52,253 nucleotides of DNA, from assembly GCA_021732585.1 (NCBI GenBank), contig JAKFUR010000038.1:1-52253 (forward strand), in the 5' to 3' direction. Below the pieces are notes generated by a model that did not search any database, was not told where the DNA came from, and worked only from the letters and a program-made list of their open reading frames with translations. Source of the DNA: Bacteriovoracaceae bacterium. GTDB taxonomy: Bacteria; Bdellovibrionota; Bacteriovoracia; Bacteriovoracales; Bacteriovoracaceae. The position numbers and the translations under genes were made by a program. Shown here piece by piece: positions 9,079 to 17,681 of the stretch; position 1 is the first letter of the stretch, and every line of letters begins with the position of its first letter.

Positions 9079-9274
9079 ATGATCGTTAAAAAAATGCTCG
9101 AATATCTTTATGGAAAAAAAGCTTGGTTTTAATCTTCCGATTTGCAAGGGCCGGTTGACGCATGAGCAGCTGTCTTATTATGGGCATGAGAAAAGTGAAG
9201 CCGGTCTTCCTCTCAAGTGAAAATTTTACCACCTGAGCGCCACCTGGCTTGAATTCGTCTTAGTATCAAATGCT

Positions 9275-10222
9275 ATGGGTCTCAGGCTTTTCATTTTTAT
9301 TTTCTCAATGGGAATGAGCACGTTGTGTTCAGCAGCGATCTTTGGCGTTGATAATCGCGAAGCCATCAAAACCACCTCAGTTTCTTATCAACTGTCACGT
9401 GCCACGGCGATCTCTGTTCTCAGTAGTCTTCACAAACCCGCCGGCCCAGGAAGAATAAGTTTGTGGGTCGATCAACTGGAAAATCTGTGCCCGAATGAGC
9501 GCTTCGCTAAAGACCCTTCGCTCTCCTACGGTTGCAGTGGTTTTTTAGTCGCGCCCGATCTCATCGTCACGGCCGGGCATTGCATGGTGAACACAGGTGA
9601 GAGCCGCAACGAAACGGAGCACTACTGCAAGGCCTTTTCTTGGCTTTTTGATTACCATGTTGCTTTCGATGGTAAGATCAACACTGAGAGCATTCCTGCC
9701 GCCAATCTCTACAAGTGCAAACAGGTCATCTACGCCGTTAAAGACGAGCGAGCACCGTATCGCGACTATGCACTCGTGCAACTCGATCGTCCGGTGCTAG
9801 GAAGAACTCCTCTCAAGCTTGGCAGCACAGCTTTGCGAACAGGTGAGCAGGTTTCTATGATCGGCTACCCATTGGGGGTGCCTGCGAAGCGTTCGGCCCC
9901 GGCAGGTGTTCTGTTGAATAATCCTAGTCGAGAGAGCTTCATCACGAGTCTGGATGCGCTAGAAGGTAACAGTGGAAGTGCAGTCTTTAATGCCAAACAA
10001 GAAGTCGTAGGAATTCTCGTCGGTGGCACACCGTCTTTGAGTTTTGTACCGGCGCGCCAAAGGAACTGTGAGATTTACAATAAGTGCTCTGACGCAGGGA
10101 CAGGTTGTCTTCTACCAGACCAGGACACTTCAAAGTTTCCTGGCTACCAGCGTGTCGGTTCGGAGGTGCAGAGAATTGCACCGGTGATGAATCTTATTAA
10201 AGCTCTTTCTCGAAGGCGCTGA
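9275..10222 (+). CDS. Secreted trypsin-like (S1 family) serine protease
   Basis: Signal peptide, catalytic His context VTAGHC and catalytic Ser context EGNSGSAVF. Confidence 0.8.
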   Translation: MGLRLFIFIFSMGMSTLCSAAIFGVDNREAIKTTSVSYQLSRATAISVLSSLHKPAGPGRISLWVDQLENLCPNERFAKDPSLSYGCSGFLVAPDLIVTAGHCMVNTGESRNETEHYCKAFSWLFDYHVAFDGKINTESIPAANLYKCKQVIYAVKDERAPYRDYALVQLDRPVLGRTPLKLGSTALRTGEQVSMIGYPLGVPAKRSAPAGVLLNNPSRESFITSLDALEGNSGSAVFNAKQEVVGILVGGTPSLSFVPARQRNCEIYNKCSDAGTGCLLPDQDTSKFPGYQRVGSEVQRIAPVMNLIKALSRRR

Positions 10223-10808
10223 ACGCCTCTTTCGCCCAGTTCTCCGCAACTTCTTTTCCTCCTTGGAAATAGAAGTGAATGCCATCGCTGCCTGTGGCAG
10301 GGTAGGTCGTCACCGCAAAACTATCGAAGTAGGTGCAGAGATCACTTACCGCCTGACGGGTGAGGCGATCGATTTTTTCGTGTTTGGTCGCGAGCTTGCG
10401 ACTAGTGGGCATGCCAATCCAGAAACACTTCGCGCCCGTGGCGACAATATCACTCGCCATTTTTCGCATGTCTCGAACAATGAAATTTTCATCGGGGTAG
10501 TTGGCGTAGTTAGTCGCGAGAGCGACGATGACGTGACTTGGGCGATGTTGCGCCAGTAGTGTTGTGAAGCGTGGAACTGGCCCGGTGGTGCCACGACGGG
10601 TGGTCCCATCCACATCGCGCTCAAGATAGCCGCAGGTGGTGTTGGCCGTTTGATACCAGTTCGCCACGATGGTTCCGCAAGAAGTCGCCGTGGTGACCTT
10701 CGCATCTAAGGTTCGTAACTCCGCATCCAGTTTTTGCCCGAAAGGTCCCACGGAGTGAGAGTCACCAATAAAGAGCAAAGAGCCCAAAACCAATTCTGTA
10801 ATCATCAT
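10197..10808 (-). CDS. SGNH/GDSL-type hydrolase
   Basis: N-terminal block I motif FIGDSHSVG. The size and alpha/beta pattern fit the family, and the C-terminal DGIHF resembles the block V DxxH motif. Confidence 0.6.
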   Translation of the reverse strand: MMITELVLGSLLFIGDSHSVGPFGQKLDAELRTLDAKVTTATSCGTIVANWYQTANTTCGYLERDVDGTTRRGTTGPVPRFTTLLAQHRPSHVIVALATNYANYPDENFIVRDMRKMASDIVATGAKCFWIGMPTSRKLATKHEKIDRLTRQAVSDLCTYFDSFAVTTYPATGSDGIHFYFQGGKEVAENWAKEAFSAFEKEL

Positions 10809-10932
10809 AAGAGAGTCGTACCATAGGTTCGCAAACCCTGGGAATCTGTGAATTAGTCTGGGTTGAAAAGATTACAGGTCCCCAGGGTTCCATCCAAGTT
10901 GGTGTTACCATGGCAAGACTCCAGGAGGCCGG

Positions 10933-11550
10933 ATGCCTAATTTGTTGTTTGCCAGCTTGCTTCTCGTCGCTTCCATTTTAAGTGGTCAAGCGGCTGCACA
11001 AGAGGTTCCTTGGTCCGGTACTTGTGCTCGTCTCCATATTCTCACCACTGATCGCAAACTTATCACGCAAACTTCTCAGTATGGGTGGTTCGGTGATTGG
11101 GGTGAACTCGAGCAAGGTCTTGCGATTCTTGCCGGCAAACCTTCGGTTAAAATCAGTTTTGAATTCTTGCAGACTCGTTACGGCCACTTGGTGATAAGCG
11201 CAGCTGAATACGCACCCGACTGCCAGAGTTTTTCTGCCGACGACGCAGAGATTCGTATGCTGAAAGAAAAATCTCAAAACGGTACACTCAAGCAGGATGA
11301 CTTCAAGGGCGCACGCTGGTTGCACTTGGTGAAGGCGATCGATTCCGAAGAAGACCATTGTGTGAGCTATAACCGCGTGGCCGGAAGATGGTCAGGTTGT
11401 GGCGATATTTGGCAAGGTGGGATGACGGAAGACAAAGTCGTCTGCTTCAACAAACGCTCTTATCCGCTCTGCCAGGTCGAATGCATTAAGCGAATCTATC
11501 GTCGTGAGCTTGAAGTGAGACCAGGCTTTTGCCCAGAGGAGCGCCCATGA
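10933..11550 (+). CDS. Secreted Cys-rich hypothetical protein
   Basis: Signal peptide LLLVASILSGQAAA and about 9 Cys residues. RBS GGAGG lies upstream. No family recognised. Confidence 0.55.
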   Translation: MPNLLFASLLLVASILSGQAAAQEVPWSGTCARLHILTTDRKLITQTSQYGWFGDWGELEQGLAILAGKPSVKISFEFLQTRYGHLVISAAEYAPDCQSFSADDAEIRMLKEKSQNGTLKQDDFKGARWLHLVKAIDSEEDHCVSYNRVAGRWSGCGDIWQGGMTEDKVVCFNKRSYPLCQVECIKRIYRRELEVRPGFCPEERP

Positions 11551-12311
11551 AAGCTTTGGCCTTGGCCTTCGTCGCCCTTTCAACTCAAGCAGTATGGGCC
11601 GCTCCTGAAATCAAAAGCTGGATCAATCCAGCATGCGCGCGTGGTGCGTGCGAAGTAAAATCCGTGAAACTCATCCTCACTAAAACGCACACTGCCGACT
11701 ACGCAGGTCGAGCCCTTGTGGCAGAATTTGAAACCACCCAACCTGCTCAGTTAAAGAAGTACGCTTTCGTGCAGTACATCCGTGGTTGTCTCTATACGGC
11801 CGCAGCTGACGGCACGAAGCGAATGGGGACGCGTGAGTATCTCACTCGCTCGGGACAGCCCTTTAAGCATGTGGGTTGGGAAATCGATAGTGCATCAGAT
11901 GTAGACCCGATTTACTGGTCAACCAAGAATCCCGGTTGGGACGAGTTGCGCGGCTTTGAAATCACTCGCAACGCGAACTATTCATACACCGATCCTAACA
12001 ACGGCAAAGAACCTGAGAGATGGGCGGGAAAAACCAGCAACATCACGGGTCGCAATCGTATTTATGTCGCCGACACGCCCACACCGGGCATGACCGGAGG
12101 TAGCACCAACGGCAAGCCTAGTGTTACGAATTCAAGCCTTGAGTTTCGGATTTGCTTGCATGAGATCAGCAAAATTCCAAAGGTCTTGGAGACCCCTGGA
12201 ACTTTGGTAGCTGATCCAATTGTGTGCCTTGATTGGGCTTCTAACTTCGTCTATAACTTCACGACAAGACGCTTTCAAGAACGTCAGACCCTCGACCCTT
12301 ACTGCCTCTAG
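11547..12311 (+). CDS. Secreted hypothetical protein
   Basis: ATG at 11547 overlaps the upstream stop (ATGA). Signal peptide ALAFVALSTQAVWA. No family recognised. Confidence 0.55.
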   Translation: MKALALAFVALSTQAVWAAPEIKSWINPACARGACEVKSVKLILTKTHTADYAGRALVAEFETTQPAQLKKYAFVQYIRGCLYTAAADGTKRMGTREYLTRSGQPFKHVGWEIDSASDVDPIYWSTKNPGWDELRGFEITRNANYSYTDPNNGKEPERWAGKTSNITGRNRIYVADTPTPGMTGGSTNGKPSVTNSSLEFRICLHEISKIPKVLETPGTLVADPIVCLDWASNFVYNFTTRRFQERQTLDPYCL

Positions 12312-13144
12312 AGATTTTCTAGAAGCAGGATCTTGGCCTTGTTGAGCTTCGCGGTCTTCGCGCGGTAGTTTGGCAAATCGGCAGCTTTGCCGCTCTTTTC
12401 CACCTCTGCTACTTGCTTCAAAATCCACAAGTACATCGTGTTCGGGTCGTAGAGCTTCACTTCTAACGAGTTAGGAGTTGGCTCAGCAAGCTTCTTGCGG
12501 TTGCCGTAAATTGTGCCAAGACCGACCTTGAAAGTATCCGAGCCCAAGAGCTCGTTAGGTACATAGATAGTTTTTTCGAAGCGTTGGTTAAACTCTGGGT
12601 AATCGAGGTTCGCGTACTCAAAGAAACTCATGGCGTAGGCAGAACAGCCCGCACCTTCGCCGTTGAGTGGGCGCTTATCAACACCGCCGTAGATGATCGG
12701 CGTGCGCATTGAGTACTCGCGGTACCACTCTTTCATGCGCAAGCACTGGTCGTTTGCAATTTCCATTTTCATCACCGACATGCGGTTGCCCTTCGAAAGC
12801 TTTAGAATGTCTTTTTGAACTTCCTCAGTAAGCTGAAGGCGGCCAAGGTTATCTTGGATCAAAACACTCATGCCGTGTTTTTTCTTAAGAAGATTTGTGC
12901 GTGAACTAAAGCCCGGGCCGTTGGTCATGCCCGAGAGAACTTCGGCTTCACCATCACACTTAAATCCTACGAACACGTGTCCGATCTGATGGCTCGCACC
13001 GCCGATCGCGCCTCTGAGCGTGGTGGATATCAATGAGCGCGGAGTTGACCAGTTAAGCAACTTCGGGCTTTTTATAGCGTAAAGAGAGAACTCAGCAGCG
13101 TGCGCAGAGCTGACTGCCAAAAGCAGGGATACGAGTAATTTCAT
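12308..13144 (-). CDS. Secreted hypothetical protein
   Basis: ATG at 13144 gives the signal peptide MKLLVSLLLAVSSAHA; the longer ORF start lacks one. Contains His (SHQIGHVF) and Cys (GAGCSAYA) motifs of unknown meaning. Confidence 0.55.
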   Translation of the reverse strand: MKLLVSLLLAVSSAHAAEFSLYAIKSPKLLNWSTPRSLISTTLRGAIGGASHQIGHVFVGFKCDGEAEVLSGMTNGPGFSSRTNLLKKKHGMSVLIQDNLGRLQLTEEVQKDILKLSKGNRMSVMKMEIANDQCLRMKEWYREYSMRTPIIYGGVDKRPLNGEGAGCSAYAMSFFEYANLDYPEFNQRFEKTIYVPNELLGSDTFKVGLGTIYGNRKKLAEPTPNSLEVKLYDPNTMYLWILKQVAEVEKSGKAADLPNYRAKTAKLNKAKILLLENL

Positions 13145-13240
13145 GTAAGGGCTCCTTGTGTGGCTTAGATATGCTGGCCGACACAAGAGTCCAAATGGAT
13201 TGAACATTTTACAGGGGGTTTTTGAGGATTCAAGCTCGGT

Positions 13241-13828
13241 CTAAAGAGACTGCTCAATCTCTTGGGCAAGTTTCGCGAGCTGAACTAAAAATTCGTCACG
13301 GGCCTTGTCCTTAGCAATTCCTAAAAAGATTCCAGCTGGCGCCAGCGCTGGCTTCGCCACATGCGTAGTGTTTGTCAGAACAACTTTAAAACTATCATCA
13401 TTCACACGTGTCACTCTGAAGATCACATCCAGTTTACGCAAGTAGCCTGCTATGCCTGGAAGGCTGACTTGTTTTGAGCGAGCATCATAGGCGAGAGCGT
13501 CGCGACTATCAGTGGCGAGCTTCACCACATTGCGAAGCGTGCCGCCTTCGTGACGAACGGTGACATCAAACAGCACACCGGGAAGGCCCAAGCTGTGATC
13601 GGCCACTGGGCCTTCATGACGAGTAGTCACTTGGGCGAGAATTTTACTACGGAAATAACTCTCGACTTCGCGAAGATCGCCGCCGGTTTTCTTGACCGTG
13701 CAACTCGCCTCGAGAGTGCCCATGAACTTGCCTTCGCGCAACGCAGGCGGCGTGACCCAGCGCTCAGTGCCACAGCTGAAGGCCTGGGCAGACTGTGCAA
13801 AGAGACTCAAGACAATGGCGAGCAACAT
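13241..13828 (-). CDS. Secreted hypothetical protein
   Basis: Signal peptide MLLAIVLSLFAQSAQA. No family recognised. Confidence 0.5.
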   Translation of the reverse strand: MLLAIVLSLFAQSAQAFSCGTERWVTPPALREGKFMGTLEASCTVKKTGGDLREVESYFRSKILAQVTTRHEGPVADHSLGLPGVLFDVTVRHEGGTLRNVVKLATDSRDALAYDARSKQVSLPGIAGYLRKLDVIFRVTRVNDDSFKVVLTNTTHVAKPALAPAGIFLGIAKDKARDEFLVQLAKLAQEIEQSL

Positions 13829-13909
13829 AGGACCTCATTTGTGAGACAGAGCTATAACAGTTTTACAAAGACCCTGCTAGGCTGCGATAGTTTTTACATA
13901 GGAGTTCAC

Positions 13910-14986
13910 ATGTCTAAAAAACTTATGTGGTTAGGATTGGTTTTACTTTGGTCTGTGCAGTCACAGGCCGCCGTGAGTTTTGAACTCATTCATAAAATCA
14001 ATGACTCCATCTGGGGCATGGACTTCCTGCCAGATGGACGCATGATCTTTAGTGCCCGTGAAGGAAAGATGTTTCTGTTAGATTTGAAGACCAAGAAGAC
14101 GGTAGAAATTAAAGGTCTGCCTAAAATCTACGTCTCTGGCCAAGGTGGCTTGCTCGACGTCAGAGTTCATCCTGATTTTAACAAGAATAGTTACATCTAT
14201 TTTACCTATGCTGAACCGCAAGGTGATAATGCCACCACCGCTCTTATGCGTACGCAACTCGTGGGAACAGAATTCAAAAACTCACAAAGATTATTTTCTG
14301 GTCTGAGGGCCAATGACAACGACATTCATTTTGGCTCTCGGATTGAGTTTGATGGTGCTGGGCATGTGTTTGTTACGATGGGAGATCGCGATGAGCGCGC
14401 GAAGGCGCAGGATCTCAGCCACCATCAAGGAAAAGTGCTGCGCCTTAAAGAGGATGGTAGCATTCCTCAAGACAATCCATTCGTTGGGAAGAAAAGCGCC
14501 TTGCCGGAAATTTGGTCATTAGGTCATCGCAATCCTCAGGGCCTTGCTCGTCATCCGGTGACCGGTGAGATGTGGGAAGTTGAAATGGGCCCACGAGGCG
14601 GAGATGAAGTGAATCTTCTGAAAGCGAGCGCAAACTACGGCTGGCCGGTGATTACCTATGGCAAAGAGTACTGGGGGCCTGGTATTGGCAGTGAGAAAAA
14701 AGAGGGGATGGAGCAACCCATAGTTTATTGGGTTCCAAGTATTTCTCCCTCGGGCGCGACCTTTTATACCGGTGATAAATACCCTCAATGGAAACACCAT
14801 TTGTTTTTGGCCACCTTATCCGGCGAACATGTGCGTCGCCTGGAGATCAAAGACAACAAAGTCATTAAACAAGAGAAGTTGCTCGGAAAGCTAGAATACC
14901 GCTGGAGAAGTCTTCGTACTGGCCCTGACGGATATCTTTATTTAGGCAGTGACGAAGGGCGGATTGGCCGCCTCCTCGCACTCTAG
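13910..14986 (+). CDS. PQQ-dependent sugar (glucose/sorbosone) dehydrogenase, soluble beta-propeller type
   Basis: ATG at 13910 follows a GGAG site and gives the signal peptide MSKKLMWLGLVLLWSVQSQA. Motifs GGLLDVRVHPDF, HFGSRIEFD, HQGKVLRLKEDGSIPQDNPF, WSLGHRNPQGLA, GPRGGDEVN. Confidence 0.85.
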   Translation: MSKKLMWLGLVLLWSVQSQAAVSFELIHKINDSIWGMDFLPDGRMIFSAREGKMFLLDLKTKKTVEIKGLPKIYVSGQGGLLDVRVHPDFNKNSYIYFTYAEPQGDNATTALMRTQLVGTEFKNSQRLFSGLRANDNDIHFGSRIEFDGAGHVFVTMGDRDERAKAQDLSHHQGKVLRLKEDGSIPQDNPFVGKKSALPEIWSLGHRNPQGLARHPVTGEMWEVEMGPRGGDEVNLLKASANYGWPVITYGKEYWGPGIGSEKKEGMEQPIVYWVPSISPSGATFYTGDKYPQWKHHLFLATLSGEHVRRLEIKDNKVIKQEKLLGKLEYRWRSLRTGPDGYLYLGSDEGRIGRLLAL

Positions 14987-14992
14987 AGCAGA

Positions 14993-15760
14993 CTAGAATA
15001 AGGTGCTGTAGGCGCTATTTGCTTTCACTACATCTCCGGCCTGGAAATGAAGCGCCTCTTGGTACATAAGTGGAGTGAGTAAAGTTGCGCCGTCCGCGCC
15101 CACACGAGCATCCTGTGCTGGTTCATCGGCCCAATTCATGAAGGCGACTTCGTAATTTTCATTCGCAATGACGATATAACCCAACAGGCCTTTTGATTGC
15201 AGTCTGTTCTTCACAAAATCCAGGTGACGAGCAAGGCCTGTGAGAAAAGCATCGGCGGTGAGATTCGCTTTGCGTAAACCGATGTAGACCATTGTACGTC
15301 CCTTCGACCAATCGATTGGTTTTCCGATGACATCGTAAGAATGGTTGTGCGCAAGCTTTGTGGGTTTGTCCTGAGTGAAATTCACCATCGGATCTGCGCT
15401 CTTCGAATTGCTACGATCAAACACGTCCCAGTGGCGGGCGGAGTAGCGTTCCCCTTCAGGTGTAGCACGAATGGCCTGGTAAGCTTCTTTTGAACTCAAA
15501 GCCACCAAGGCAAATTCATCGGGCACAAAGCTTGGTTTGCCTGCGGGTGGAACGATCACAATATAGTTATTAAGGGCACGGCCTTGGTAGAGATCTACGG
15601 TTTCGCGCATAAACGGAGCGAGGTCGCGCAAGAACTGTTGTTCATTAAGCTGAGTGGCCTTGAAGCCCTGCCACGCCCTGAAATAGGTCGCCTCTTCCAC
15701 AGACTGCGCTGGGAGGCTAATGAAAATGAGTGTAAAAAATCCAGTAATAAACGAAAGCAT
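14993..15760 (-). CDS. Secreted hypothetical protein
   Basis: N-terminal signal/anchor MLSFITGFFTLIFISLPAQS. Divergent from the LysR gene. No family recognised. Confidence 0.5.
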   Translation of the reverse strand: MLSFITGFFTLIFISLPAQSVEEATYFRAWQGFKATQLNEQQFLRDLAPFMRETVDLYQGRALNNYIVIVPPAGKPSFVPDEFALVALSSKEAYQAIRATPEGERYSARHWDVFDRSNSKSADPMVNFTQDKPTKLAHNHSYDVIGKPIDWSKGRTMVYIGLRKANLTADAFLTGLARHLDFVKNRLQSKGLLGYIVIANENYEVAFMNWADEPAQDARVGADGATLLTPLMYQEALHFQAGDVVKANSAYSTLF

Positions 15761-15846
15761 AGAAGCTCCTTATGCCCTAAGGCGTTGGGTTAGGCGATTG
15801 GGGCGTGTTGTATATGAAAGACTTACTGGAGGTGAAATTAATCGTT

Positions 15847-15859
15847 TTGATATAATCAA
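15847..15859. promoter_or_regulatory. LysR-type T-N11-A palindrome (TTGATATAATCAA)
   Basis: A perfect TTGAT-ATA-ATCAA dyad lies 24 nt upstream of the LysR start, in the divergent intergenic region. Confidence 0.4.
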
Positions 15860-15882
15860 TCATTTCTGGTAATGATAAAAAG

Positions 15883-16791
15883 ATGAGACCTTTTCACCAC
15901 TTAGACCCCATGGCCCTCAAGGCCTTCTATTTTGCTGCTGAGGCCTTGCACTTTACTCGCGCCGCCGAGCTGGCGGGTCTCACGCAATCGGGCGTCAGCC
16001 AGTATATCGCTCGCCTCGAAGCCGAGTTAGGCGTGGATCTGTTTTTGCGCACGGGCCGACGTGTGAGCCTGACGGCCGCTGGCGTGGAGCTTAAGGCGTT
16101 TGCCGAGACCTATCTCGATCAAGTGGAGCGCTTACTGGAAACCATGGGAGGCGAGGGGCAAGAACTGCAAGGTGTGGTTCGCTACGCTATGCCCGCCTCA
16201 TGCCTTATGACTCCGCACTTTTCTCAACTCTTAGATGCCCGCCAAAAATTTCCAGGTGTGAATCTGCAGGTGCATATTTGTCATTCGGAAGAAGTGGTGG
16301 AGCTGTTATTGAATGGTGAAATTGATTTTGGTTTTGTCACGCGTGCTAGTCAGGCCAAAGATGTGGAGCATTTGGAGTTCGCTCGGGAAGAGTATGTGCT
16401 GGTAGGCGCAGGCCCGGGCGGTGAAGAGCGAGTGAAGGGCAGTGAGTTACTGGAACAGCCTTTTGTCATCTACCCCGGTATGGATGCACTGTTTGATATT
16501 TGGCATAGTGAGACTTTTTCTCAGAAGGTTATTCCTGCCTTGCGGGATTTGAAATGTGCCGGTGCCATTAATGATCTCGCTGCGGCCATCACGATGGTGA
16601 CCCATGGTTTGGGTCTAGCGGTATTCCCACGTCACTGCGTACAAGGTTTGATTGATAAGAAGAAGCTCACAGTCTATCGCGGAAGTCGTTCAGTAGGAAG
16701 CTATCCAATTTTTCTGATTCGAATGAAAGAAGCACGCTCAACGGCAAGAGTTGAGCGCGTGATTGAAGCCTTTCAAAAAATGAAAGGCTAG
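15883..16791 (+). CDS. LysR-family transcriptional regulator
   Basis: N-terminal helix-turn-helix (FTRAAELAGLTQSGVSQYIARLEAELGVDLF) and a LysR substrate-binding domain of typical length. Confidence 0.9.
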   Translation: MRPFHHLDPMALKAFYFAAEALHFTRAAELAGLTQSGVSQYIARLEAELGVDLFLRTGRRVSLTAAGVELKAFAETYLDQVERLLETMGGEGQELQGVVRYAMPASCLMTPHFSQLLDARQKFPGVNLQVHICHSEEVVELLLNGEIDFGFVTRASQAKDVEHLEFAREEYVLVGAGPGGEERVKGSELLEQPFVIYPGMDALFDIWHSETFSQKVIPALRDLKCAGAINDLAAAITMVTHGLGLAVFPRHCVQGLIDKKKLTVYRGSRSVGSYPIFLIRMKEARSTARVERVIEAFQKMKG

Positions 16792-17681
16792 CGTGGCAGA
16801 TGATTGAAGGTTTTCAGGAGGAAATCTTGCACACCTTGCAGACTGATTTTGAGATCATCTGCCGAACCGATAAAAGGATTGAACTCTACGAGGTCAATCG
16901 AACGTAAACGGCCTGTTTGCGCCAGCTCCTGACCCAAGCTCAGCATGTCCTGAGCATCGAGTCCACGAGAGACCAGGGTCCCTGTAGAAGGCATGGTCTC
17001 CGGGTCACAGGCATCTACATCAAAACTCAAATGCAGCGGAGAGGTTCCCTTAGGATCAATCTTTTTCAATGCGGCCTTGAGAAGATTCGCCATACCGTGT
17101 TCATGGATTTCATCTGTCGAATGGTAAGTGATATTCAGTTCGCGAATCAGGCGCTGTTCTTCAGGGTCAAGGGAGCGAGGCCCCAACAGTATCAATTTCT
17201 CAGGTCGTAGATGATTCTTCACCCAGCTAAAAGATTTATGTTGTCCTGCTTGGTTAAGTAAAAACGCCAGCGGCATCCCGTGGAAGTTTCCGGTCGGGGA
17301 TGCTGACGGAGGATTCATATCTCCGTGCGCATCGACCCACACCACAATCGTTTCGGGATTTTTGCTGAGCAGGCCATGAATGCTACCTAAGCTCAATCCA
17401 TGATCTCCGCCGACTACGAGTAACAGATCATTTGTAAGATCAAGCTTCTGAATAGTGCTGCTGATAGTTTCGCAACCAAAGGCCACTGTTTGCTCAAACC
17501 GAATGGAGGTGTCTTTTTCACTCATAAGCGTGAACGACATATCGCCCAGGTCCTCTACACGAACAACTTTTTCTAACTCTTGGATGAGGCCGATGCCACG
17601 AAAGAAGAGACTTGCAGCTGCGACGCCTTTATTGCTTTGTCCGTAATGAAAGGGAACGCCCAGCCATTTAACTTTTTGCAT
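16788..17681 (-). CDS. Arginase-family ureohydrolase (arginase-like)
   Basis: Mn-binding motifs GGDHGLSLGS, WVDAHGDMN and SFDVDACDP. ATG at 17681 (17690 is a GTG). Overlaps the upstream acyltransferase gene by 14 nt. Confidence 0.75.
   Translation of the reverse strand: MQKVKWLGVPFHYGQSNKGVAAASLFFRGIGLIQELEKVVRVEDLGDMSFTLMSEKDTSIRFEQTVAFGCETISSTIQKLDLTNDLLLVVGGDHGLSLGSIHGLLSKNPETIVVWVDAHGDMNPPSASPTGNFHGMPLAFLLNQAGQHKSFSWVKNHLRPEKLILLGPRSLDPEEQRLIRELNITYHSTDEIHEHGMANLLKAALKKIDPKGTSPLHLSFDVDACDPETMPSTGTLVSRGLDAQDMLSLGQELAQTGRLRSIDLVEFNPFIGSADDLKISLQGVQDFLLKTFNHLPR

Noticed and set aside
9110-9220. A 36-codon ORF (MEKKLGFNLPICKGRLTHEQLSYYGHEKSEAGLPLK) in the 238-nt intergenic region upstream of the serine protease.
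   Set aside because: It has no ribosome-binding site, no recognisable motif and no support from flanking structure. I cannot distinguish it from a chance ORF.
10809-10932. A possible tRNA or small structured RNA, suggested by a GGTTCG...AACC segment.
   Set aside because: No cloverleaf can be drawn: there is no acceptor-stem pairing and no T-loop consensus. The inverted repeats are reported separately as a low-interest finding.
13550-13909. A 120-codon N-terminal extension of the PQQ dehydrogenase ORF.
   Set aside because: The extension overlaps the minus-strand secreted-protein gene 13241..13828 and has no signal peptide. The ATG at 13910 follows a GGAG site and yields a clean signal peptide.
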